From the IMG/VR virus record IMGVR_UViG_3300040801_001224, positions 124,001-188,000 of that record: a stretch of 64,000 nt of DNA; one strand, 5' to 3'. The notes under the pieces are model-generated. The model was not told the origin of the DNA, did no database searches, and saw nothing but the letters and a program-made list of their open reading frames with translations. Positions 18,189-27,614 of the stretch are shown in pieces. Made by a program: the position numbers and the translations under genes. Numbering within the stretch: position 1 is the stretch's first letter; each line of letters opens with the position of its first letter.

Positions 18189-19445
18189 ATGGAAATTAAA
18201 GCAGACGAATTAGCAGAATTATTAAAGTTAGCAGGCGTTCAAGCACAACCAGAAATGGATGCGATGCCAGCAGAAGAGCCGGCGACGGTTGAATTACCGG
18301 TAATGGACGTTGAAATGCCAGGTGACGAAGGTCCTTGTTTTGATGATCAGGAAGCTGAAGTTGTAATGCGTGAAGAATATGATGAACATCTACATGATAT
18401 GTACATCGATGCTATTGAAGACGCAATCATGAAACGTTATGGTGATTGGTGGGACCAGGGCATTTATGATGAGCAACACTTACATGACCTAGCAGACGGA
18501 ATGATTGAAGCATGGAAAACATTTGGTGATAATGAGTTCGGTGAGTTTATTGAATACGATTACGCTACTGACACGGGTTCGTCTGTTGCCGTTGTTCCAG
18601 GCGAAGCATTTGAAATGTTCTTCGGAATGGCATCAAACAAAATATCAGAAAAAGAAATGGAAGACGATGATGATTGGGTTGCTCAAAAGAACGCAGACGA
18701 GCGTTACGGCCCAGTAGAAGAAGATGAAGATCCAGCACAGGGTGACATGGAACTAGACAACGGGTACACTGGTTCACATGAAGTTGCGTTAGACAAGACA
18801 AACGACAACCCATCAGGTGATGACAAAGACGAATTTACAATGGACGAGCCTAAAGGCTACCGTGCTGTTAAGATGGAAAACTGTGAAGAAACAAAAGCAA
18901 TTCACGAAAACCTAGTAAGCAAGTACGCAGAATTCATTAAAGAGTCTGAAGAAGTTGAAGAAGGTCGTGGTGGCGCAATGGCAAGAGCAGGCCAGAAAAT
19001 GAAGATGGACAAAGATAAAGGACGTTCATTAGATCACAGTTCAGAAGAGTTCAAAGCACTAGCGGCAATGTACCAGAAAAAAGCACAAGAACGTGATGCT
19101 GATAAAGCACAGGTTTTTGGCGAAGCTGGTGAAGTACATGGTGCTACATACACGGCAGACCAACAAGAAATGCTTTCATACCTAGCGAATTTTATCGGTG
19201 AAATGTTTGGTACTGGTGAAGAAACTGATGACATCGCACTACATGTTCTGGATGAACTTCCATACGAAACATTGGAAGACATGGAAGAAGCTGATTATGA
19301 CGGTACACTGGCTGACGAAGTTCAATACCACGTTGAAGCATACCAATCAGGCCCAGATCCCGAAGATGTAGCATATCAAGCAGACCAACAAGCATGGGAC
19401 GACTCAGCTGAAATGGATGAACTACGAGGATTAGCAGGTATCTAA
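18189..19445 (+). CDS. Acidic modular head-internal (prohead core-like) protein
   Basis: Very Glu/Asp-rich; LKLAGV and LRGLAGI motifs at the two ends. Confidence 0.65.
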   Translation: MEIKADELAELLKLAGVQAQPEMDAMPAEEPATVELPVMDVEMPGDEGPCFDDQEAEVVMREEYDEHLHDMYIDAIEDAIMKRYGDWWDQGIYDEQHLHDLADGMIEAWKTFGDNEFGEFIEYDYATDTGSSVAVVPGEAFEMFFGMASNKISEKEMEDDDDWVAQKNADERYGPVEEDEDPAQGDMELDNGYTGSHEVALDKTNDNPSGDDKDEFTMDEPKGYRAVKMENCEETKAIHENLVSKYAEFIKESEEVEEGRGGAMARAGQKMKMDKDKGRSLDHSSEEFKALAAMYQKKAQERDADKAQVFGEAGEVHGATYTADQQEMLSYLANFIGEMFGTGEETDDIALHVLDELPYETLEDMEEADYDGTLADEVQYHVEAYQSGPDPEDVAYQADQQAWDDSAEMDELRGLAGI

Positions 19446-19472
19446 ACTTGCTAATTCTTTTAGGAGAATTCA

Positions 19473-21038
19473 ATGGATGAATCGTTAGTCAAAAAAGCCT
19501 TTAAGAAAGTACGGTATACACCACAACAACTAGAAGAATTAAAAAAATGTATGCACCCGGACACTGGTCCGATGTACTTCATGGAAACGTTCATGAAGAT
19601 ACAGCATCCTACCAAAGGTGAAATCCCTTTTGAGCCATTCGAATACCAACATGAACTAGTAGAATCTTATCACAAGTTTAAATACTCAATCGCTATGATT
19701 GGTAGACAGCTAGGTAAAACTACGGTTGCGGCAGGCTACTTACTGTGGTATGCGATGTTTGTGAACGACAGTCATATACTTATTGCGGCACACAAATATG
19801 ATGGTGCTCTAGAGATTATGGATCGTGTACGCTTTGCTTATGAAGGATTGCCAGATCATATCCGTGCTGGTGTGCGTGAATACAACAAAAAATCATTAAA
19901 GTTTGATAACGGTTCAGTTATTGAATCACAAGCAACAACAACAAACACTGGGCGTGGTAAATCTCTTTCATTAATATACTTGGACGAGTTTGCGTTCGTG
20001 GAGCCCCGTATTGCGAAAGAATTCTGGACAGCGATATCACCGACACTAAGTACTGGTGGTAAGTGTATGATTACTTCAACGCCAAACACTGACGAAGATC
20101 AGTTCGCACATATCTGGTTTGAAGCATTAAAAGTTACTGATGAGTATGGAAACAAGATACGTAACGTTGGTAAGAATAATTTTAAAGCATTCCACGCCAC
20201 ATGGGAAGCCCACCCGGATCGTGATGAAGAATGGGCTGAAATAGAACGAAGTAAAATTGGCGAGGATCGTTTCAAAAGGGAACATGAATGTGAATTTATT
20301 TCATTCGAAGAGACTCTAATTAATCCAGTTAAATTAGCAAAGCTTGACGCAAAACAACCCATCTATGTTGACGGACATGTGCGTTGGTATAAAGAGATAG
20401 ATCCAAACAAAACATATGTTGTTGGACTAGACCCAAGTATGGGTACTGGTGGTGACAATTCAGCAATACAAGTATTAGAAGTTCCCACAATGGAACAAGT
20501 AGGTGAATGGCAACATAATAAAACACCAGTAGAAGGACAGGTCCGTGTTCTTAAACAGGTATGTAATAAGCTACATAATGCTGGCGTAAGTGATATATAC
20601 TGGTCAGTAGAATCCAATACCCTAGGCGAAGCAATCCTTGTGATCATACGAGACACCGGCGAGGAAACAATACCAGGAACGTTCCTTCACGATCAACGCA
20701 GAGACTTAGGCATGAAGCACAGACGCAAAGGCTTCATCACAACACACAAATCAAAGCTAGAAGCATGTGCTAGATTGAAATCATGGCTAGAGAGTGATAA
20801 GCTAAAAATTAGCTCACAAAACCTATTACAAGAATTAAAAATGTTTGTTGCTAAAGGCAACAGCTATGAAGCAAAGACAGGTGAGAAAGACGACCTAGTG
20901 ATGTCAATGATACTTGTAATACGTATGGCCATAGCAATCGCAACGTTCGATGACAGAGCATATAACGCCATTAATTCAAATATTGACTATGATGAAGATG
21001 GTGAATACTCAGCACCCATGCCAATAGTAATGATATAA
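19473..21038 (+). CDS. terL: Terminase large subunit (gp17-like)
   Basis: GRQLGKTT, LIYLDEFAF, ITSTPN, GLDPSMG, KDDLVMS. Confidence 0.97.
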   Translation: MDESLVKKAFKKVRYTPQQLEELKKCMHPDTGPMYFMETFMKIQHPTKGEIPFEPFEYQHELVESYHKFKYSIAMIGRQLGKTTVAAGYLLWYAMFVNDSHILIAAHKYDGALEIMDRVRFAYEGLPDHIRAGVREYNKKSLKFDNGSVIESQATTTNTGRGKSLSLIYLDEFAFVEPRIAKEFWTAISPTLSTGGKCMITSTPNTDEDQFAHIWFEALKVTDEYGNKIRNVGKNNFKAFHATWEAHPDRDEEWAEIERSKIGEDRFKREHECEFISFEETLINPVKLAKLDAKQPIYVDGHVRWYKEIDPNKTYVVGLDPSMGTGGDNSAIQVLEVPTMEQVGEWQHNKTPVEGQVRVLKQVCNKLHNAGVSDIYWSVESNTLGEAILVIIRDTGEETIPGTFLHDQRRDLGMKHRRKGFITTHKSKLEACARLKSWLESDKLKISSQNLLQELKMFVAKGNSYEAKTGEKDDLVMSMILVIRMAIAIATFDDRAYNAINSNIDYDEDGEYSAPMPIVMI

Positions 21039-21073
21039 CATTAATGTGATAAATACATTAAAGGAGTAAGGGC

Positions 21074-23197
21074 ATGATCAAACATTCAAAACTAGCCACA
21101 TCAGTATACCAGATCCTAAAGGGTCACGGTTCATTGCCTACTATGTTTACACGGGAAGGTCAAGAAACAGTTGACCCAGCTGAAGCACAGTATATGTGGG
21201 TAAATGATCCAAACATTATGATTGCTATAGATCCAATGGATGGTACAATCCGTTTTGAAAAGAGTGACACATTGCCACTAGAAAAAATTGATAAGCTACG
21301 TAAGCAGTTACGCAAATTAGCAAACGACAACGCCCTAAATTTCCAATTCAAAATTATTGGTGGTGAGATTACTCCAAAGGATTATTCTGCAGAAACTAAA
21401 AGACAGGAAAAAACAATGGAAAGTATTATATTAGAAGGTTTTTCAAAACTAAGAGGTTCAACTAAAACTAGCTATCAGATGTTAGAAAACGCACGTCTAG
21501 TTATTAAACACCGCCTACCGGTAAACGAAGAAATTCGTGGCGCACGTAGCCGTAACATTCAGGCGATATTTATTGAGAGCAATGGCGAACGCTTCCGCTT
21601 CCCAGTAAATAACCTAGCAGGTGCTCGAGCGGCACTACGCCACGTTGTAGAAGGCGGTAAGATTGATGATCAGATTGGCAACTATATTGTTGAGTCTACA
21701 AAGAAGTTAATTAAGATGCGTGAGTTTGTTCGTTACGCACGTACCAACAAGCTTATCAACGAGGATACAGCAGAAGCAGTTGACCTAGTTAAAGAAAATA
21801 TCCAAGTAATAGCTTCCGAAATCCACAAGATCACAGGTAAGAAAACTTACGAGTCGATTAAAACACGTATTGAAGAATCAAACAATGAAGTACTAGAAGA
21901 GAACGATATTGATGAACTGAAAGACATGTTCACTATTAAGCGTTTTGACGAGAAGTTCCTAGACCTACTTCCCGATGTTAAGCAGATGGTCAGCGAACGC
22001 CAATCATTCCTACGTAGAATTGAAGAAGCGTCAGAGCAAGAAATCAAATTAGACGAAACCAAATATGTTTCGGATACAATTATTGAGCATACCACACGTG
22101 AAGGTGAATTGAGTTCACGTTTACAGATGGTAGCGGCATCAATAATGGAAAATGAAGAACTAGCTAGTTATGTTAGCTCACTAGCAGGCAAGCTAGTAGA
22201 AGGCGAGCTAAATGCTTTTGAAAGTTCTGTGCTAGGTAATGTCCTACGTAATGCGAAAATCCAAGAAAGCGTGGATGCTGATCTATTAGACTTTGCTAGG
22301 CAGTACTGCCAGATGTCAGGTATTGACATTCACTTACCCGGTGTTACCGAAGAAGAGCGCATCAAGTGTGCCCAGGAATTCATCGACCGCACAGGCGTTA
22401 GCTCAGCAGATGAGCTAGAAGCGTACATTGAAGGCCAGGAATCATATGTTGCGGCTATGATGCAGGACATATTCCAGTCAGCAGGCGATGACAGAATGTT
22501 TGGCGAAGCTGTCCAAGATATGGAACACTTTGATCTAGGCCAAATGAAAGATCGTATCCGTTCAATGTCAGACGAAGAACTATCAGGTTGGATCGGCCAT
22601 CAGCCACCGGAAGACGCAGTAGGCGGCCGTTACTTCATGAAAATTGTTGGTCACGAACTTAAGAAGCGTGGCTTAGACGAAGGCTACACAGTATTACCTC
22701 AAATGTCAGACGAAGACCAAGCACGTTACCAAGAGCGTGATGGTTTAGAAGGTCCATTTAGAGCAAGAAGCGGTAAAGTTTACTACTATGACCCAAGTGA
22801 AGGCAAGTACTATGATCCAGATACAGACTTTTACATCAGTGATGAAGAGTTCATGAAGCATGATCAATATGGTTTAACACAAGAAGGCTTCGGTGACTTC
22901 GTTAAAGGAATGGCCCGAAAAGGTGTTAACGCACTAGACAGAAAAGCAGTTGACCAAATATTCAAAGCAATTGATATGACAGGTTCATGGTTAATGGTAG
23001 CAAGTGAAATTTCAGATCTAGATGAAAAGAAGAAAGCTAACATGCTACGCTCAATGCGTGACTTCTGTGAACACAACCCAGACGATATGCGTTGTGACAC
23101 GTTGAAGAAAATGATACAGTTCATAGAACCAGAAATGAAAGAAGCGCAACAGTTAGAAGAGTCATTAAATAAATTTGACCCAAAGTTTCTTTTTTAA
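21074..23197 (+). CDS. Large head-internal/core protein with appended modules, including an OCRE-like YYYDP repeat
   Basis: RSRNIQAIFIESNGERFRFP..LAGARA..RHV core; VYYYDPSEGKYYDPDTDFY; late promoter at 21048. Confidence 0.7.
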   Translation: MIKHSKLATSVYQILKGHGSLPTMFTREGQETVDPAEAQYMWVNDPNIMIAIDPMDGTIRFEKSDTLPLEKIDKLRKQLRKLANDNALNFQFKIIGGEITPKDYSAETKRQEKTMESIILEGFSKLRGSTKTSYQMLENARLVIKHRLPVNEEIRGARSRNIQAIFIESNGERFRFPVNNLAGARAALRHVVEGGKIDDQIGNYIVESTKKLIKMREFVRYARTNKLINEDTAEAVDLVKENIQVIASEIHKITGKKTYESIKTRIEESNNEVLEENDIDELKDMFTIKRFDEKFLDLLPDVKQMVSERQSFLRRIEEASEQEIKLDETKYVSDTIIEHTTREGELSSRLQMVAASIMENEELASYVSSLAGKLVEGELNAFESSVLGNVLRNAKIQESVDADLLDFARQYCQMSGIDIHLPGVTEEERIKCAQEFIDRTGVSSADELEAYIEGQESYVAAMMQDIFQSAGDDRMFGEAVQDMEHFDLGQMKDRIRSMSDEELSGWIGHQPPEDAVGGRYFMKIVGHELKKRGLDEGYTVLPQMSDEDQARYQERDGLEGPFRARSGKVYYYDPSEGKYYDPDTDFYISDEEFMKHDQYGLTQEGFGDFVKGMARKGVNALDRKAVDQIFKAIDMTGSWLMVASEISDLDEKKKANMLRSMRDFCEHNPDDMRCDTLKKMIQFIEPEMKEAQQLEESLNKFDPKFLF

Positions 23198-23217
23198 CCT
23201 ACCTTTTATAAGGAGCA

Positions 23218-23244
23218 AGCCGGTGTAAAAACCGGCTCTTTTTT
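23218..23244 (+). terminator. Rho-independent terminator
   Basis: AGCCGGT-GTAAAA-ACCGGCT-CTTTTTT. Confidence 0.85.
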
Positions 23245-23270
23245 CACTTTAAATAACCCAAAAAAAGTTC

Positions 23271-23299
23271 TTGACATAAATACAAATACAGTGTATAAT
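23271..23299 (+). promoter_or_regulatory. sigma70 promoter with a nested late-like CATAAATA
   Basis: TTGACA-17-TATAAT. Confidence 0.85.
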
Positions 23300-23438
23300 G
23301 TCTGTACATGTTAAGCATGTTATGGATTTTATGCTGTACTCGCCTGTATTTATGCGGATACAGGATCGAGTTCGACTAAGTAACACACGGGAGTGTTACT
23401 TGACAGGGATACGCATCAATATTAAGGAGAATTATATT

Positions 23439-24416
23439 ATGACAAGTCTAGCGGACATTCGTGCCAAGCTACAAAAACTCGAAAACAGAAAATCAGGAAC
23501 TACTACAAACTCAGGTGATGGAACAACATATCCATTCTGGAATATTAATCCAGATGAGTCTACAACAGTACGCTTCCTTCCAGACGGTAACCCAGATAAC
23601 ACATTCTTCTGGGTCGAACGTCAAGTAATTAAACTTCCTTTCCCAGGCATCAAAGGCCAAGACGAGGACAAGGAAGTAACAGTTCAAGTACCATGTGTTG
23701 AAATGTGGAACGACACGTGCCCAGTTCATGCGGAAATTCGTCCATGGTTTGAAGATCCATCTCTAGAAGATATGGCTCGCAAATACTGGAAGAAGCGCAC
23801 ATACTTTTTCCAGGGTTTCGTTCAAGACTCACCTCTTAACGAAGACGCACCGGAAAATCCAATCCGCAAATTTAACATCTCTCCACAGTTGTTTAAGATC
23901 ATTAAGGCGGCACTTATGGATCCAGATATGGAAGAACTTCCAACTGATTACCTAAACGGTGTTGACTTTAAGATTGTTAAGACAAAAGACGGCCAATACG
24001 CTAACTACACTACATCTAACTACTCACGTAAGAACACAGCTCTTACTGAAGAACAGTTAGAAGCTATTGATGAGTATGGTTTACAGAATTTGTCTGATTA
24101 CCTACCCAAGCGTCCTACTGAAGAAGAAGTTGACATTATCTTTGAAATGTTCCAGGCTTCTCTAGAAGGCGAACTTTACGATCCAGAGCGTTGGGCGAAA
24201 TACTTCCGTCCATGGGGTCTTGAGTACAATGATGATTCAGCAAAGACAGAGTCTAAGCCAGCACCTGCTCCAAAGGCAGAAGTTAAAGCTGAAACTCCAG
24301 TAGCTGAAGTTAAGGAAGAAGTCGTTGAAGAGAAGGAAGAAGAAACTTCAACTTCAAGTGGCGACAACCAGTCAGTACAAGACATTCTAGCTCTAGTTAA
24401 AAGCCGTAATAAGTAA
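23439..24416 (+). CDS. Single-stranded DNA-binding protein (T4 gp32-like)
   Basis: VRFLPDG, CVEMW..TCPV, YWKKR, DYLNGVDFKIVKT..YANY; acidic tail; AAGGAG RBS gives start 23439. Confidence 0.92.
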   Translation: MTSLADIRAKLQKLENRKSGTTTNSGDGTTYPFWNINPDESTTVRFLPDGNPDNTFFWVERQVIKLPFPGIKGQDEDKEVTVQVPCVEMWNDTCPVHAEIRPWFEDPSLEDMARKYWKKRTYFFQGFVQDSPLNEDAPENPIRKFNISPQLFKIIKAALMDPDMEELPTDYLNGVDFKIVKTKDGQYANYTTSNYSRKNTALTEEQLEAIDEYGLQNLSDYLPKRPTEEEVDIIFEMFQASLEGELYDPERWAKYFRPWGLEYNDDSAKTESKPAPAPKAEVKAETPVAEVKEEVVEEKEEETSTSSGDNQSVQDILALVKSRNK

Positions 24417-24485
24417 TCATTACTCGCTAACAAGGTGTGTATAGTCTTTATACACACCTTACACAAAACACAGGAGAATAACGGA

Positions 24486-25574
24486 ATGCCAAAGACTTTC
24501 GACGTTTCGAAGTTTCGAAACAATCTAACAAAAAATATAGCGGGTATTAGTACCGGCTTTCACGATCCACAAACATGGATTAGCACAGGCAACTATTGCC
24601 TAAATTATTTAATCAGCGGTGACTTCAATGGTGGCGTGCCACTAGGCAAAGTTACTGTGTTTGCTGGTGAATCAGGCTCAGGTAAATCTTATATCTGTTC
24701 TGGTAACCTAGTAAAAAACGCCCAGGATCAAGGCATCTTTGTAGTACTTATGGACTCAGAGAACGCCCTTGATGAAGCATGGTTACATGCTATTGGTGTC
24801 GACACAAGTGAAGACAAATTGTTGCGTATGAACGTATCAATGATTGATGATGTTGCTAAGGCAGTATCTACATTTATGATTGACTTTAAGAAGGAATATG
24901 AAGGCGAGAAGCTTGAAGACATTCCTAAAGTTTTATTTGTAGTTGATTCACTTGGTATGTTATTGACGCCAACTGACGTTGACCAATTCCAGAAAGGTGA
25001 TATGAAAGGTGACATGGGACGTAAGCCAAAAGCATTAACAGCATTGGTTCGTAACACTGTAAACTTAATTGCTCCTTTTGACGTTGGTTTAGTTGCTACT
25101 AACCACACTTACGCTTCACAGGATATGTTCGACCCAGATGACAAGATTTCCGGTGGCCAAGGCTTTATTTACGCATCTTCAATTGTTGTAGCAATGAAGA
25201 AGAAAAAGCTTAAAGAGAAGGACTTGGTTTCAGGTGGCGGAGCATCTGTTAAAGGCATTAAGGCCGCATGTAAGGTAATGAAATCACGCTACTCAAAGCC
25301 ATTTGAATCAGTAGACGTGTTCATTCCATACGATGAGGGGATGCACCCTTACTCAGGATTATTTGATTTATTTGAAAAGACAGGCCTATTAGAACGTTCA
25401 GGTAACAAGTATATCTACGTTTCTAAAGAGACTGGCGAAGAGATCAAAGAGTTCCGTAAAGCATGGGAATCAAACACCGACTTACTAGATTTGGTTATGT
25501 CAGAATTTAAGATGGACGATTTAGTTCTACAGGCCGAAGTAATCGAAGAAGTCGATGAAGTTGAAGTAGATTAA
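24486..25574 (+). CDS. uvsX: RecA-like recombinase UvsX
   Basis: AGESGSGKS, DSENALD, VDSLGML, TNHTY, ISGGQG. Confidence 0.95.
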   Translation: MPKTFDVSKFRNNLTKNIAGISTGFHDPQTWISTGNYCLNYLISGDFNGGVPLGKVTVFAGESGSGKSYICSGNLVKNAQDQGIFVVLMDSENALDEAWLHAIGVDTSEDKLLRMNVSMIDDVAKAVSTFMIDFKKEYEGEKLEDIPKVLFVVDSLGMLLTPTDVDQFQKGDMKGDMGRKPKALTALVRNTVNLIAPFDVGLVATNHTYASQDMFDPDDKISGGQGFIYASSIVVAMKKKKLKEKDLVSGGGASVKGIKAACKVMKSRYSKPFESVDVFIPYDEGMHPYSGLFDLFEKTGLLERSGNKYIYVSKETGEEIKEFRKAWESNTDLLDLVMSEFKMDDLVLQAEVIEEVDEVEVD

Positions 25575-25590
25575 ATAAATAGAGTGTCGA

Positions 25591-25743
25591 ATGAAAATAT
25601 TATTTGATGAAGTTATGAATAAATATTATGTCTTGAAGAAAGAAATGATATATATTGGTAAGCTTAATTGGATAATAGACAGAAAGTTCGACACTCACGC
25701 TGAAGCATCCAATTATATAAAAACAAGGAGCAATAATGGATAG
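25591..25743 (+). CDS. 50-aa hypothetical protein (absent from the ORF track)
   Basis: MKILFDEVMNKYYVLKK...FDTHAEASNYIK; fills the gap. Confidence 0.45.
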   Translation: MKILFDEVMNKYYVLKKEMIYIGKLNWIIDRKFDTHAEASNYIKTRSNNG

Positions 25744-25948
25744 TGATTTTTTAATTGAGTTATGGGAAACCCTAAAGCCTTACATCAACAGTAAGGACAA
25801 ACTACATGCGGCAGATGAGCTAATTGCGTTGTGTGACGCACATGGCTATGATGAGATCGCTGATGTGGTGGATCTACCCGCAGATCTAAAAGCGGCAGTA
25901 GTAACACACTACGATTTAGATGAAGAAGATGAGGATGAAGAATGGTAA
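25736..25948 (+). CDS. Small acidic conserved protein
   Basis: AAGGAG RBS; lies between uvsX and uvsY. Confidence 0.75.
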   Translation: MDSDFLIELWETLKPYINSKDKLHAADELIALCDAHGYDEIADVVDLPADLKAAVVTHYDLDEEDEDEEW

Positions 25949-26241
25949 ATTTAGTCGACGAGCTACGTGAACGCACTAATGCTGGTGACGCTTATGGTTC
26001 TTTAGAAACACTGGAAAAGATTGAAATAGAGATTCGAACTAATCCAGAGTTACTGAAAGAAATATTGAGTCCACCGGTTCTTACAGAGTTACATGAAACA
26101 CTGGAAGAAAAATTGGGCGTGAATCGTAGGCATATGCAGGTTCGTAAAAGAGTAACACAACCAAAAACACGTGGTATGTTATTCGTGAAAGCAATGATTG
26201 TCGGAGTAAAGCACAGTGAGTCAATGGTATCGAAAGGTTAG
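25942..26241 (+). CDS. Hypothetical protein
   Basis: Coupled 99-aa ORF. Confidence 0.6.
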   Translation: MVNLVDELRERTNAGDAYGSLETLEKIEIEIRTNPELLKEILSPPVLTELHETLEEKLGVNRRHMQVRKRVTQPKTRGMLFVKAMIVGVKHSESMVSKG

Positions 26242-26680
26242 TGATAACTTAGCAAACCTGCCAGCTTGTATTGATCATTACGAGGATGAACTAGAAGAAG
26301 CCCGTAACGAACTTTCCATGAAAGGCAAGACCATTGAAAAGCATGAATCTGAACTTCCAGGTATCATGGAGTATCGCTTTAATCAGCTACAAGAGATTGA
26401 GGCGATACTTGAACATTTAAACTTGGAACTCAGAAAGCTTTCAACGGCAAAGTTCAAGAAATTCCTTGAACATTACAACAGGCAACTAACGTCAGCAGAT
26501 GCTAAGAAGTATGCTGAGGGAGATCCAGAGGTTGTCGATTTACAGATATTAATTAACGAATTTGCCCTAGTACGCAACAAATTCTTGGGCATAATGAAGG
26601 GATTAGACACAAAGAATTGGATGTTGGGCCACGTAACTAAATTACGTGTATCTGGATTAGATGACGCCATTATCCAATAG
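26216..26680 (+). CDS. uvsY: Recombination mediator UvsY-like
   Basis: Helical; AKKYAEGDPEV...KGLDTKNWML; context with uvsX and uvsW. Confidence 0.75.
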   Translation: MSQWYRKVSDNLANLPACIDHYEDELEEARNELSMKGKTIEKHESELPGIMEYRFNQLQEIEAILEHLNLELRKLSTAKFKKFLEHYNRQLTSADAKKYAEGDPEVVDLQILINEFALVRNKFLGIMKGLDTKNWMLGHVTKLRVSGLDDAIIQ

Positions 26681-26688
26681 GAGGCAAT

Positions 26689-26853
26689 ATGCGTATTGAA
26701 AACAAATTCAGAAAGCACAACGAAGCTAAAACTTATTATAGAGTTTATATTGAAATGAGCGATGGTGAGCGATTGCCACTGTTGATGACCCACCGTGAAG
26801 TATTACGTGCCGCAGAAAGAGCGGGTAAGAATCCAGAAGATACAAAAGGTTGA
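26689..26853 (+). CDS. 54-aa hypothetical protein (absent from the ORF track)
   Basis: AGGAGG RBS; MRIENKFRKHNEAKTYYRV...ERAGKNPED. Confidence 0.65.
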   Translation: MRIENKFRKHNEAKTYYRVYIEMSDGERLPLLMTHREVLRAAERAGKNPEDTKG

Positions 26854-26878
26854 CATAACCACTTTTCTTTGTTATAAT
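26850..26878 (+). promoter_or_regulatory. sigma70 promoter
   Basis: TTGACA-17-TATAAT. Confidence 0.85.
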
Positions 26879-26911
26879 AGTTCTGTTGTTGGGAATTACC
26901 GGAGATAATAA

Positions 26912-27445
26912 ATGACAGATCTTATCACAAGAGCAAGAGAATTTGCTATCACAGCACACGAGTCGATTGGCCAAAAGCGCAAGTACAGTGATGACCCATA
27001 CTGGGTTCATCCTGAGCGAGTTGCGGCTATGGTTGCTGATTTCGGTGGAACTCCGGAAATGGTTGCGGCCGCCTGGTTACATGACACAGTCGAGGACACG
27101 CCTGTTACAATTGAAGAAATTGAGGCAGAGTTTGGTTCAGAGGTCATGGCTCTAGTTGACGATTTAACCGACGTTAGCCAGCCAGAAGACGGCAATCGAG
27201 CATTCCGTAAAGCAATGGACCGAGACCACACTGCTCAGGCATCAGCTGATGCTCAGACAGTCAAGTTGTGTGACTTAATCGACAACACTGCCAGCATTGT
27301 TGAGCATGACGTCAAGTTTGCTAGGGTTTACCTGAGAGAGAAGAAGCTCTCACTTGAAGTCCTTACAAAAGGCGACAAGCGTTTGCAGACACTTGCTTGG
27401 GGCAAATTACGAGAAGGTGCGAAGCAAATTGGCCTCGAACTGTAA
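26912..27445 (+). CDS. SpoT/Mesh1-like HD hydrolase (small alarmone hydrolase-like)
   Basis: AH..GQKRKY..DPY.VHP..VA; AAWLHDTVEDT; VKLCDLIDN. Confidence 0.88.
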   Translation: MTDLITRAREFAITAHESIGQKRKYSDDPYWVHPERVAAMVADFGGTPEMVAAAWLHDTVEDTPVTIEEIEAEFGSEVMALVDDLTDVSQPEDGNRAFRKAMDRDHTAQASADAQTVKLCDLIDNTASIVEHDVKFARVYLREKKLSLEVLTKGDKRLQTLAWGKLREGAKQIGLEL

Positions 27446-27614
27446 ACAAAAACTTTTATTTTGGAGGGTACTGTCAGCTGTGCTGGCAGTCACTCTTGTC
27501 TTGATGCAGACGAAACTTATATCTAATGATCGTTGTGCTATGATATTAGACCAAAAAATCACACCCAAACAACTTGTGAAGATTGTTGAAATCATTGAGT
27601 CTAAAGATGATTGA
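27429..27614 (+). CDS. Small membrane protein (start uncertain)
   Basis: TM segment LLFWRVLSAVLAVTLVL. Confidence 0.45.
   Translation: MASNCKQKLLFWRVLSAVLAVTLVLMQTKLISNDRCAMILDQKITPKQLVKIVEIIESKDD

Noticed and set aside
23298-23438. N-terminal extensions in the ORF track (SSB from 23298, UvsX from 24435, nuclease from 1138, and 6875, 17039, 43504, 51203, 58299)
   Set aside because: RBS position, promoter position or stop/start coupling supports the downstream starts used here.
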